Source of the DNA: a virus
Taxonomy: Duplodnaviria > Caudoviricetes
Strand: one strand, 5' to 3'
Virus record (IMG/VR): IMGVR_UViG_3300046615_000451
Location: 1 to 64,000 of that record
Length of the DNA: 64,000 bases
Shown: positions 49,712 through 57,997 of the stretch, one piece after another
Layout of the letters: every line of letters starts with the position of its first letter
Numbering within the stretch: the stretch's first letter is position 1
Notes under the pieces: generated by a model
The model's database searches: none
Told to the model about the DNA's origin: nothing
What the model saw: only the letters and a program-made list of their open reading frames with translations
Made by a program: the position numbers and the translations under genes

Positions 49712-50114
49712 GCATTCTCAATTTGAAATGGATCAAGGGCGCCCCGCCCAAGCTGCTGCCGGGGATGGTTGTGCGCGTTGGTCCGGAGCAAGTCGTTCTG
49801 ATGGGCTCGTATGCCGACGAAAGCGAGCAGACCGGAATCCTGTCGCGCGCCATCGAGCACGCACAAGCCATTAGCGGCTACGAGCTGGATTGGCTCGCAA
49901 ACATGGGACTACCTGCTAAGGCGGTTGCGTGAGTGACGAAGCGCTGGCCACGTTGGTGATCTGCTACCTGGCTGGCAGCACCGTAACCCTCATGAGCATG
50001 GACGCTCCCAGCAAAGTCCGTTTCCTGTACCGCCGTCTCGCGCTGTGGCCGCTGTACTGGGCCTACCTGCTCGTAAAGATGGCTTTCATGCTGGCGCACG
50101 AGCTGCGCCGGTAA
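49708..50114 (+). other. Two small coupled ORFs: 49708-49932 and 49929-50114 (the second hydrophobic)
   Basis: Overlapping starts and stops. Confidence 0.5.
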
Positions 50115-50156
50115 ACACCCCTTTCAATCCCGACCATAACCGATAGGAACATCACC

Positions 50157-51170
50157 ATGCCTGTACTCCATAGCGCTATTCACAAGATCGACAAGAAGCC
50201 AGACGGTAGCCCTGCCGTGCTGCACATCGGCCGTTCCGAGCAGGTCGAGAGCCAGGCCCGCGACGATCTGATGAGTCAGTTCAACGAAAGCTACAACGGC
50301 ACTACCGGCAAGGCGTGGGGCTTCTTCCATGCGGAGTCCGGGGCGCACCCACTGCGCGGATGGCTCGCGACGTACCTGGCCGGTGGGTCTGACTTCTTGG
50401 CTTTCAGCACCATCGCCGTCGAGCACCTGACCAGGCTCATGGAAGAGTCGAATCTGACCGTGGGCGGCCACGCGCTCTTCTGCCACTACCGTCAAGGTCT
50501 GACCGACTACCTGGTCATCGCCCTGGTGCAGGAAACCGAAGCGCTGACAATGACCGAAGAGCTGGACCTGATCAGAGGCAAGCGCCTGGACTTGGACCAT
50601 TTGCGCCTGGCCGCGCGTATCAATCTGTCGGAGTGGGCGAGTAATTCCGCGTCGAAGCAATACGTCTCTTATCTCAAGGGTAAGAACGGCAAGCGGTCCA
50701 GCGAGTATTTTCGTGACTTCATTGGTGTTCAGGAAGGCGTCGACGGCGCCGGCGAAACCCGGACCTTGCTCAAGGCGTTCAGTGACTTCGTTGAAAGCGA
50801 GGATCTGCCAGAAGAGTCCACCCGTGAACGCACCAAGACCCTGATCGATTACGCCACCAGCCAGACAAAGCTGGGCGAGCCGATGAATCTTGAAGAGCTG
50901 TCGGAGCTGATCGACGAAGAGCGCCCGAAAGCCTTCTATGATCACATCCGGGCCAAGGACTACGGCCTGTCTCCTGAAATCCCGGCCGATAAGCGCGTTC
51001 TGAATCAGTTCCGTCGCTTCACCGGGCGCACCGAAGGCCTGTCGATCAGCTTTGAATCGCATCTGCTGGGCTCTAAGGTCGCGTTTGACCAAGAGGGCGG
51101 CACGCTGACACTGAGCGGCCTGCCTACCCAACTCACCGACCAACTCAAGCGCGCAGCGGTGCAGAAATGA
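50157..51170 (+). CDS. yejK: Nucleoid-associated protein YejK/NdpA family
   Basis: [14 protein letters not shown]..., [24 protein letters not shown]; 337 aa. Confidence 0.92.
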   Translation: MPVLHSAIHKIDKKPDGSPAVLHIGRSEQVESQARDDLMSQFNESYNGTTGKAWGFFHAESGAHPLRGWLATYLAGGSDFLAFSTIAVEHLTRLMEESNLTVGGHALFCHYRQGLTDYLVIALVQETEALTMTEELDLIRGKRLDLDHLRLAARINLSEWASNSASKQYVSYLKGKNGKRSSEYFRDFIGVQEGVDGAGETRTLLKAFSDFVESEDLPEESTRERTKTLIDYATSQTKLGEPMNLEELSELIDEERPKAFYDHIRAKDYGLSPEIPADKRVLNQFRRFTGRTEGLSISFESHLLGSKVAFDQEGGTLTLSGLPTQLTDQLKRAAVQK

Positions 51171-52120
51171 AGACGCGTTTTACTTGGGTGTGGGTGGCGA
51201 AGGCAGTGGCTACAGGGCCACTTGATGCCGATATCCGGACCGAAGCGTGGTCAGGGTTCAAAACACTGGCGAACGCCGTGCTGGCGCTGATTTTGCGGAC
51301 TGTGATGCTGTTAACGTTCCCTGTGTCCGTTCCGGCGCGAGTGTATGGGTTCCGGTGGGCCGAGCGCCGCCGGGCAAACAAACGAGCGGCGACCAGTCTG
51401 GCTCGCCGTGCTGCACAGGATGCCGACGCATGAAAAAGAGGAAATCACTTCAAGCGCTGCTCCGCCGAGAGCGCGCACGGGGCCGCGCTGAGGCCGTCAC
51501 GATCTTTAGCAGCCTTTGCCCTGAGGATGGGCTTGATAAGTACATAGGCTGCTCAGCAAACGGTGAGTCGGGCGACTACAGCAGCTATTGGGACGTGGAC
51601 GCGCTGCGTAAGCTCCTGTGTGCTGATACCGAGGTGTGCGACAAGATCGATCGGTTGGCGGGCGCGCATGAATGGGTGTCCTACCTGGAGTTCGATCTGG
51701 CCAAGGCTCGCAAGGCCCTGGCGTTGGCGCAGATTGACGTGGACCGGTTCACATTTATCGCAGGCGACATGCTGTCGTCGCTGGCCCGTCGCTATGCTGA
51801 CGACGTGTCTGCCGAGCTGCCGGCCGTACTGAAAGGCCTGGATGCGGCCCGCGGTCCCTCCCCGCAACAAGAGTTCTACCCTACGCCCGCCCACTTGGTC
51901 GAAGCGCTGGCGAATCAAGTCGATGAGTGACGTGGAACTTGTTCAGGTTGTCGTCAGTGTTGACGGCGCACTATGCCAAGTTGTGATCCCGCCCGAGTGC
52001 AAGCCGCTCCTGTTGCAGCTGATGCAGGGCTTCCAGAACGACCGTGCCTTGAAGGTGGTCCGCCTACCCGCTACGGTGGGCCTGATGCCACTGCATGACT
52101 TAATTAAGTCAGAATCGTGA
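51167..52120 (+). other. Three coupled hypothetical ORFs: 51167-51433, 51430-51930, 51923-52120
   Basis: ATGA overlaps. Confidence 0.5.
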
Positions 52121-52240
52121 AATGCACTAGAGTGGCGTTTTGGCATCACTAAAGCCGTTTTTTAACCAAAAGAATGTATAGGGATGCTTTTTTGGATCCC
52201 TTTCTGCCACAAACAGTAAAACCATAAGGATGGAAACCGG

Positions 52241-52630
52241 ATGATCTTGAAGGCGTACAGGGATGGGCAATTTCATTACATCAAGGCCCGCGATTTTGCC
52301 GTGTTCAAGGCAGACAGCAAGTATGTGATAGGCGTCACCCCGGATGCGCGCGAGTGGTTGTTGTCGGATGGCGTGACACTCAAGTCTCTTGAGTCGGTGT
52401 TGCCCAGCCTGATCCGGTTGAATCGCGGCGTGCTGGTCAAGCGCTCCCAGGTCACCGGGCTGATTCGCACCCGCAAGGGCAGTAACATTGCCATTACGGT
52501 GGTGACGACGGCGGGCGAGTACAGGCTGGCGCGCCGCAGCTGCACGAACACCATTGTCGAACTGATCGAGCACAACCTAAGGCGCGAACGTTCGCCCACT
52601 TACCCCATGGAATCGCCAGATGAGCTTTGA
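52241..52630 (+). CDS. Stand-alone LytTR DNA-binding domain protein
   Basis: FKADSKYV...TLKSLE..LP.LIRLNRGVLV. Confidence 0.75.
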   Translation: MILKAYRDGQFHYIKARDFAVFKADSKYVIGVTPDAREWLLSDGVTLKSLESVLPSLIRLNRGVLVKRSQVTGLIRTRKGSNIAITVVTTAGEYRLARRSCTNTIVELIEHNLRRERSPTYPMESPDEL

Positions 52631-53102
52631 AAGCACAACCCCGGACCTGTCCGGCCTTATACCGCCCACGCCCACCGAAACACTTGAGCAGGCCCGTGAA
52701 CGCATCATTGCCCAAGTGATGGCCCGTCAGAAGGCCCTGAGCGAGCAATTCAGTAAGGTCGATCACCCATTTGTCAGTGAGGCCGCACAGGATGACTATG
52801 AGCTGGCCGCCGAAGAGTTTCGGGCGCTGATCAAGTGCGTGGTCCATCTGCCCCAGTCGGTCGAGGGGGTACGCTTCCTGGAAGGCTGGCACGCTAACCG
52901 TATGAAGCAAGTCGAGCTGCTGATGGATCACGCCAGACCGGGTAAACACATGGTGTTTGGCGCAGGTACCGAGCCTGTACCAATCAGCGAAGACTTTGCT
53001 AGGGGTATGTACGCTGCCCTTACGGTAGTTCGCGATATGTTCGGGAATTTCCCCCTGGAACTGACGGTGAGCGAAGAACCCGAGGACGATCCGGAGGAAT
53101 AG
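52620..53102 (+). CDS. Hypothetical phage protein
   Basis: Coupled ORF followed by a terminator. Confidence 0.55.
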   Translation: MSFESTTPDLSGLIPPTPTETLEQARERIIAQVMARQKALSEQFSKVDHPFVSEAAQDDYELAAEEFRALIKCVVHLPQSVEGVRFLEGWHANRMKQVELLMDHARPGKHMVFGAGTEPVPISEDFARGMYAALTVVRDMFGNFPLELTVSEEPEDDPEE

Positions 53103-53120
53103 CCCGCAACGCTCATAAGG

Positions 53121-53141
53121 CCCGCCCACACGGCGGGTTTT
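53121..53141 (+). terminator. Intrinsic terminator
   Basis: cccgcc/ggcggg stem plus tttt. Confidence 0.6.
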
Positions 53142-53148
53142 GCTTTTC

Positions 53149-53170
53149 TGGTATGCTGAATAAATCTTAT
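53149..53170 (+). promoter_or_regulatory. Extended -10 promoter TGn-TATGCT abutting operator-like GAATAAATCTTAT
   Basis: Direct reading; upstream of the Cro-like gene. Confidence 0.55.
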
Positions 53171-53201
53171 AAGCACCAGACTCAAAATTCAGGGTGGCAC
53201 G

Positions 53202-53426
53202 ATGGAAGTAGCACGATTGGTTGAACTACTCGGCAACAAGAAGGCGGTAGCGGAGGCGCTGGGACTGGCCTATCAAACCGTTTATTGCTGGGACAAGGAC
53301 GTCCCCCCGAAACAGTTGCCCACGGTTCTGGTGGCGCTCGAAACAAAAAGCATTGAGGCGATGGAGCATTCCAAGTTGCTGGCGCGAGAAGCCAAGGCGT
53401 TGCGCATCAAGCTGACCACCGAATAA
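53202..53426 (+). CDS. Cro-like HTH protein
   Basis: LGNKKAVAEALGLAYQTVYCW...VP. Confidence 0.75.
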   Translation: MEVARLVELLGNKKAVAEALGLAYQTVYCWDKDVPPKQLPTVLVALETKSIEAMEHSKLLAREAKALRIKLTTE

Positions 53427-53450
53427 GCCGGCGCCGGACCTGATCCGGCA

Positions 53451-53492
53451 TGCAAACCCGGAATCTCTCCCCCTTTCCCTGCATGTGACACT
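53451..53492 (+). promoter_or_regulatory. Putative late promoter (TGCAAA-N30-GACACT, TG extension)
   Basis: Motif spacing. Confidence 0.6.
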
Positions 53493-53523
53493 ACCGCCCT
53501 GGCTATCAATGGGGTGCGTGGAC

Positions 53524-53820
53524 ATGATCGAAGAGTCGCGGTTTTATCGGGAGGTGCGCAAATTCGCCACCACTGAGCCGAGCTATTCCGCCAACTGCCA
53601 AGTGATCCGCACGCTTCCCAGTGACCGACACAACCTGTCGGCGGTGGCGCGGCGGGCGTTTGGTGACGCGACAGAGACGCGCACGATCCTGGCGGCGGCC
53701 GGCCTGCCCAATGTCGACTCCCCGCTGATCGAGCAAGACCTGGTGCTACCGACGATTGCCTACCTGCGCTATCTGAAAGAGAAGTGCGGGCTCACCACAG
53801 CGGTTAGGACGGTTCGCTAA
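53524..53820 (+). CDS. LysM-like baseplate/tail protein
   Basis: NLSAVARRAFGD......ILAAAGL; start set downstream of the predicted promoter. Confidence 0.55.
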   Translation: MIEESRFYREVRKFATTEPSYSANCQVIRTLPSDRHNLSAVARRAFGDATETRTILAAAGLPNVDSPLIEQDLVLPTIAYLRYLKEKCGLTTAVRTVR

Positions 53821-54893
53821 TGGCGGCCAAGGACCAGGGCCGGCCGGATGTCGTCCAGGACGCGCGCAAGGCGGGCAAGGAGGCGCGGTTAGCCTTTGAG
53901 TTTGACCTTAAGCGTCGTCTCGGGGACCAGGCCAAGATCCTATCCGCCGACGACATGGGCGGCCTGTACGAGCCCAAGCGCGGGCTGTTCACGTCGATTG
54001 ACGGCAAGCCGCGCATGCTCACCTTTGACGACATCCTGGCTTTCAAGGCGGCCGTCAAAGACATTCAACGGATGCACGGCCAGCACAGCAAGCAGGCGTC
54101 CGGCGGGATCCTGGTCAAGAAGGTGATCGACCTGTCCACGCCCCAGGACCGGGAGCGCGCCAACAAGCAGATTCATTTCGCGGTACCGATGAGCAACCGG
54201 GCCGGCGTGGTGCAGTTCCAGACCAACGCCGGCCCTAACTCCGACGTCTCGCGCCACACGGTGATGGTGCAGTTCCTCAGCTATGACGCCGCCCTGTCGA
54301 GTGGTCAGCCGGCGGCCGAGGCTGCGAAGTCGCTGGCGCGCGGCAAAATCAAGTACGACTGCGACTGCAACCGGCACACGTTCTGGTTTCGCTACATCGC
54401 CAGCATTGGCAACTTCAACTACGGCCGCGCCGAGGACGGTTTTCCGCGGATCCGCAACCCCAAGCTGTATGGGGTGGCCTGCAAGCACGTCATCCGCGTT
54501 ATGGGCACGCTGGGGCACGCCGGTACGTTCAACAACTTCGCCACGAAGATGATCAATCACGGCCGCAAAACGCTGAGCGGCAAGCAGCAGATCATGACGG
54601 TAAAAGAGCAGCAGGCGTTTATCGACAACGCCGCCAGTGCTCGCAGTCGGGCGCGCACCGTCAAGACCTCCGAAGAGAAGCGCCTGGAGCGTGCCGCACA
54701 GCCTGCGCAGCAACGCAAAGCGGTAGAGGCGGCCAAGGTGCGGGCGGCGAACGAATCGCTGCGCAAGACGCACGCCACCAAGGTCAACAAGCCGGTGCCA
54801 CTGGATAAGAAAATCAAGGCCATGATGAAGCTGGGCTATTCCGAACAGGCCGCGCGGATCGCCATCACCGCCGCCGACAACGCACAGGGTTAA
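53820..54893 (+). CDS. Late protein with SWIM-like zinc site
   Basis: YDCDC....FWFRY...CKH. Confidence 0.6.
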   Translation: MAAKDQGRPDVVQDARKAGKEARLAFEFDLKRRLGDQAKILSADDMGGLYEPKRGLFTSIDGKPRMLTFDDILAFKAAVKDIQRMHGQHSKQASGGILVKKVIDLSTPQDRERANKQIHFAVPMSNRAGVVQFQTNAGPNSDVSRHTVMVQFLSYDAALSSGQPAAEAAKSLARGKIKYDCDCNRHTFWFRYIASIGNFNYGRAEDGFPRIRNPKLYGVACKHVIRVMGTLGHAGTFNNFATKMINHGRKTLSGKQQIMTVKEQQAFIDNAASARSRARTVKTSEEKRLERAAQPAQQRKAVEAAKVRAANESLRKTHATKVNKPVPLDKKIKAMMKLGYSEQAARIAITAADNAQG

Positions 54894-54896
54894 GAC

Positions 54897-55406
54897 ATGC
54901 TCAATAACGTCGCAATTCAGATCAACCGGGCCAACCGCCAGCGCACCCTGCGCGAGCCCAACGCTATCGAGTGCGTGCTGTTCACCAAGCAAGTCGACCG
55001 GGAGTCAGACAGCGCCAGCTATGACGGCTATCCCACGCTGGGCGGCGCTGGCGTGATGAGCGATGAGGATGAGGTTAACTATTCGTGGGTGTACGCCTGC
55101 GATGCCAAGATCCACTTCGCCCAAGGCTTCGCCGCGCCGCTGGGCAACACGTCCGACGATGGTGGGCGCCTCAACTATCCCGAGGGCGTAACAGAGGCGT
55201 CCATCGAGCCAATCCTTGACCCTGGCGCCGAAGGCTACGTGCAGCCGGCCAAGCGCATGCTGGTGGCCTTGCTGATGGGTGACGGCCTGATCATCAACTA
55301 CGAGATTGTTGACGTCACCGGTAACGTGAACATTCCGCCGTACACCCGTAAGTACCTGGTCAACCCGCGCCCGGATGAAGAGGCTACCGGCGACCTGGAG
55401 CCATAG
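54897..55406 (+). CDS. Putative neck/head-completion protein
   Basis: Beta-rich, acidic; located before the portal. Confidence 0.4.
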   Translation: MLNNVAIQINRANRQRTLREPNAIECVLFTKQVDRESDSASYDGYPTLGGAGVMSDEDEVNYSWVYACDAKIHFAQGFAAPLGNTSDDGGRLNYPEGVTEASIEPILDPGAEGYVQPAKRMLVALLMGDGLIINYEIVDVTGNVNIPPYTRKYLVNPRPDEEATGDLEP

Positions 55407-55426
55407 CGCGCACGTCATCCATATGG

Positions 55427-55468
55427 TGCAAAGCCCCGCCCGGAAGGGCTCAAAACCGCCTGTACGCT
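55427..55468 (+). promoter_or_regulatory. Putative late promoter of the portal unit (TGCAAA-N30-TACGCT)
   Basis: Motif spacing. Confidence 0.55.
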
Positions 55469-55499
55469 GACCGGTAAATGGGACTAATGCGTACAGACA

Positions 55500-57098
55500 A
55501 TGGCCGACGAAAAGAAACCGAAAAAGAGCTGGTTGGGGTCGCTTGGCGGCGCCACCAAGCTTTTGCTGGGCGAGGTGAGCACGGCGCCCGAAAACCGAAT
55601 GGAAGGCATCAGCACCTTCGACGCTGATTACGTCGGCGTTGAAATGCTGTTGGGGTCAAGTGATCGCCCCGCCCGGTCCCGTTCTGCGATCTATCAGAAG
55701 TGGCACTACATGATTCAGGACGGGCTGATCAGCACCATCCTGCGTTTGCACGTACAGATGGCGCTGGGCGGCCACGAGACGACCGGGGAAACGATCTTTA
55801 TCGAGCCCAAGCCCGGTATCTCGGCGGCGGACAAGAAGGCCGTCGACGAACTGCAATTTATCGCCAAGATCCTCAACAAACACGCCCACAGCATGTGCTT
55901 CACCGCCTGCGCCTTCGGGGATGCCTACGCCCGGCTCTACACCCAAAAGGGCGAGGGAATGTTTGCTTTCGACAGCGAGCAGCCGTTTGCGCCCCTGGTG
56001 CAGGCCTATGAAGAGATTGGCCAGACCGTGGGCTACATCGTCAGTCTCGGATCGAAGCTGCAAAGCCGCTTCAATCACCTGGACATGGTGCGTATGCGCA
56101 TGCCGCGCATGGTGTACCTGCCGCAGATGCGCGCTATCGAGAACGCCCAAAAGATCAACCTGGAAGCCACAGAGCCGCGCGATATGCGGCCATTGCCGGC
56201 GCTGGTGGGCGGTTCGTTCCTGGAAGCGGCCGAGGTGGACTACGACAACCTCATGTCCGCCCTGCGCGGGATGATCGGCCAGCGTATCGCCGGATCGATT
56301 GACGAAACGATGATCGGCGCCAACCTCTCCGACATGACGGCGGCGCAGCAGAAGCTGTTCATGGACTCGCTGGAAAAGATGCTGATCAGCATGAAAACCC
56401 GCGCCGAGGAAGCGGTGAAGACGGGCCAATACGCCACCTCCCGCAACTTCCACGTTATGCCGACCTTCAATGAAAAGCAGCTGACGCAAATCAGCTCGTT
56501 TCAGGGCGGCTCCAACTCCGGCGCCGGCGCCAATATCGAAGACGTGATGTTCTGCGCTCGCAAGCTGGCGGGCACGCTGGGTATTGACCTGTCGATGGTG
56601 GGCTTTGCTGACCAAATGACTGGGGGCCTGGGTGAGGGTGGTTTCAACCGTACCAGCAGCCAGGCCGCTGAGCGCTCCCGGATCATCCGCACCGCCTTTA
56701 TGCAAACAGTTAACGACACCATCGACCGCCACATGCTGGCGAAGGATGGCAAGTGCTGGGCCGACGATGAGCGCCCCTATGACGTGAATTTCTTCGGTTC
56801 CATTGCGGCGCTTGAGGCCGAGAAACAGGCCAGCCGAGAACGATCGATCAACGCCGGCGTGATGCTGCTCCAGGGCATGGACCTGATGCGCACCATGGGT
56901 CTGCCTGAGTCGATGTGCGAGCAGTTCATGGCCACGATGATGGAAATCGATACCGAGAAGGCCAAGATTTTTGCCAAGGGACTCAAGGAAGCAAAACCGC
57001 CTGCACCAGATATGGGTGGGGGATTCGGCGGTGGTGATGACGACCAGCAGCCGCCACAACTACCGGCGCCGAACGGCACGAAAGAGAGCGAGGAATGA
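55500..57098 (+). CDS. Portal protein (P1 Prt-like)
   Basis: 532 aa; FGDAYARLY, LAGTLGIDLSMVGF, GGLGEGGF; directly precedes the protease as in P1 prt-pro. Confidence 0.8.
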   Translation: MADEKKPKKSWLGSLGGATKLLLGEVSTAPENRMEGISTFDADYVGVEMLLGSSDRPARSRSAIYQKWHYMIQDGLISTILRLHVQMALGGHETTGETIFIEPKPGISAADKKAVDELQFIAKILNKHAHSMCFTACAFGDAYARLYTQKGEGMFAFDSEQPFAPLVQAYEEIGQTVGYIVSLGSKLQSRFNHLDMVRMRMPRMVYLPQMRAIENAQKINLEATEPRDMRPLPALVGGSFLEAAEVDYDNLMSALRGMIGQRIAGSIDETMIGANLSDMTAAQQKLFMDSLEKMLISMKTRAEEAVKTGQYATSRNFHVMPTFNEKQLTQISSFQGGSNSGAGANIEDVMFCARKLAGTLGIDLSMVGFADQMTGGLGEGGFNRTSSQAAERSRIIRTAFMQTVNDTIDRHMLAKDGKCWADDERPYDVNFFGSIAALEAEKQASRERSINAGVMLLQGMDLMRTMGLPESMCEQFMATMMEIDTEKAKIFAKGLKEAKPPAPDMGGGFGGGDDDQQPPQLPAPNGTKESEE

Positions 57099-57997
57099 TC
57101 ATGCGTAAGCGCACAGGGGTTATCAGATACAACTTGAACACGCGAGGCCGCGACTTTAATGGCCAGGATCGTGAGGTGGACATTGCGGCGGCCATGCTCT
57201 TGATTAATGGCCCCGCAGTGCAGGAGCTGGTACGCCAGGGGGACGTATACGGCTACGTCGGCCACACGTTCCGCCAGAAATATGGCCTAAACGTGCCTGA
57301 GGTGACCACTGAGGGCGGAACGGTGGTGGTGCTTGAGCCCTGCGTGCGCACGGTTTACATCAAGTGTCTGCCCGATGGCACGGTAGAGCATGAACAGGAG
57401 TTTTTGAACAACGCGCCAGGGCGGATCGGCGGCCGTCTGTTCGACAGCAAGGCCTACGGTTTCAGCTCTGTATTCCACGCGCCCGAAGAGAACGGCAAGC
57501 GCACGCCCAAGACGTTCCACGGTATGGATTTCGTCAGAGTCCCGAACTACAACACCAACAAGGGCTACGCAATGCTGGATAGCCTTGAGCCGGGCGCCAT
57601 TGAGTCGCTGGGCTACGCTGGCGAGTGCGCGGCCCTCATGGACAGCATTGAGGCGATCCTGGCGCAGAGCGATGCAGGGGCGGCGGAAATCAGCGAGGCC
57701 TACCTGCACCAGTGCAAGGTTAACGATGAGCAGACAGACCTGATCGCTCGCCTGATGCTGCGCCTACAGAAAGCCGGTACCGGCGCCATGCTCGATAGTA
57801 TCGATCCGACCACGCTGCAACGCGGCTCTGAGTTCCTGCCAAGTCGTGCGGCGGACATGCTCGACAGCGCCGACCGATTCATGTCCGCTGTTCTGCCAGA
57901 ACTGGAGCCGGCGCCCGAGGAAGTGGAAGCTGAGAAGAAATCCGGCGTGCTGGCCAAAAGCATCGACATGGTGCGCAAAGTGATTGGGGGGGTGTAA
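57095..57997 (+). CDS. Prohead protease/scaffold (P1 Pro-like)
   Basis: YGYVGH, GFSSV and DFV..PNY protease-type motifs; acidic tail with MLDS repeats. Confidence 0.75.
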   Translation: MIMRKRTGVIRYNLNTRGRDFNGQDREVDIAAAMLLINGPAVQELVRQGDVYGYVGHTFRQKYGLNVPEVTTEGGTVVVLEPCVRTVYIKCLPDGTVEHEQEFLNNAPGRIGGRLFDSKAYGFSSVFHAPEENGKRTPKTFHGMDFVRVPNYNTNKGYAMLDSLEPGAIESLGYAGECAALMDSIEAILAQSDAGAAEISEAYLHQCKVNDEQTDLIARLMLRLQKAGTGAMLDSIDPTTLQRGSEFLPSRAADMLDSADRFMSAVLPELEPAPEEVEAEKKSGVLAKSIDMVRKVIGGV

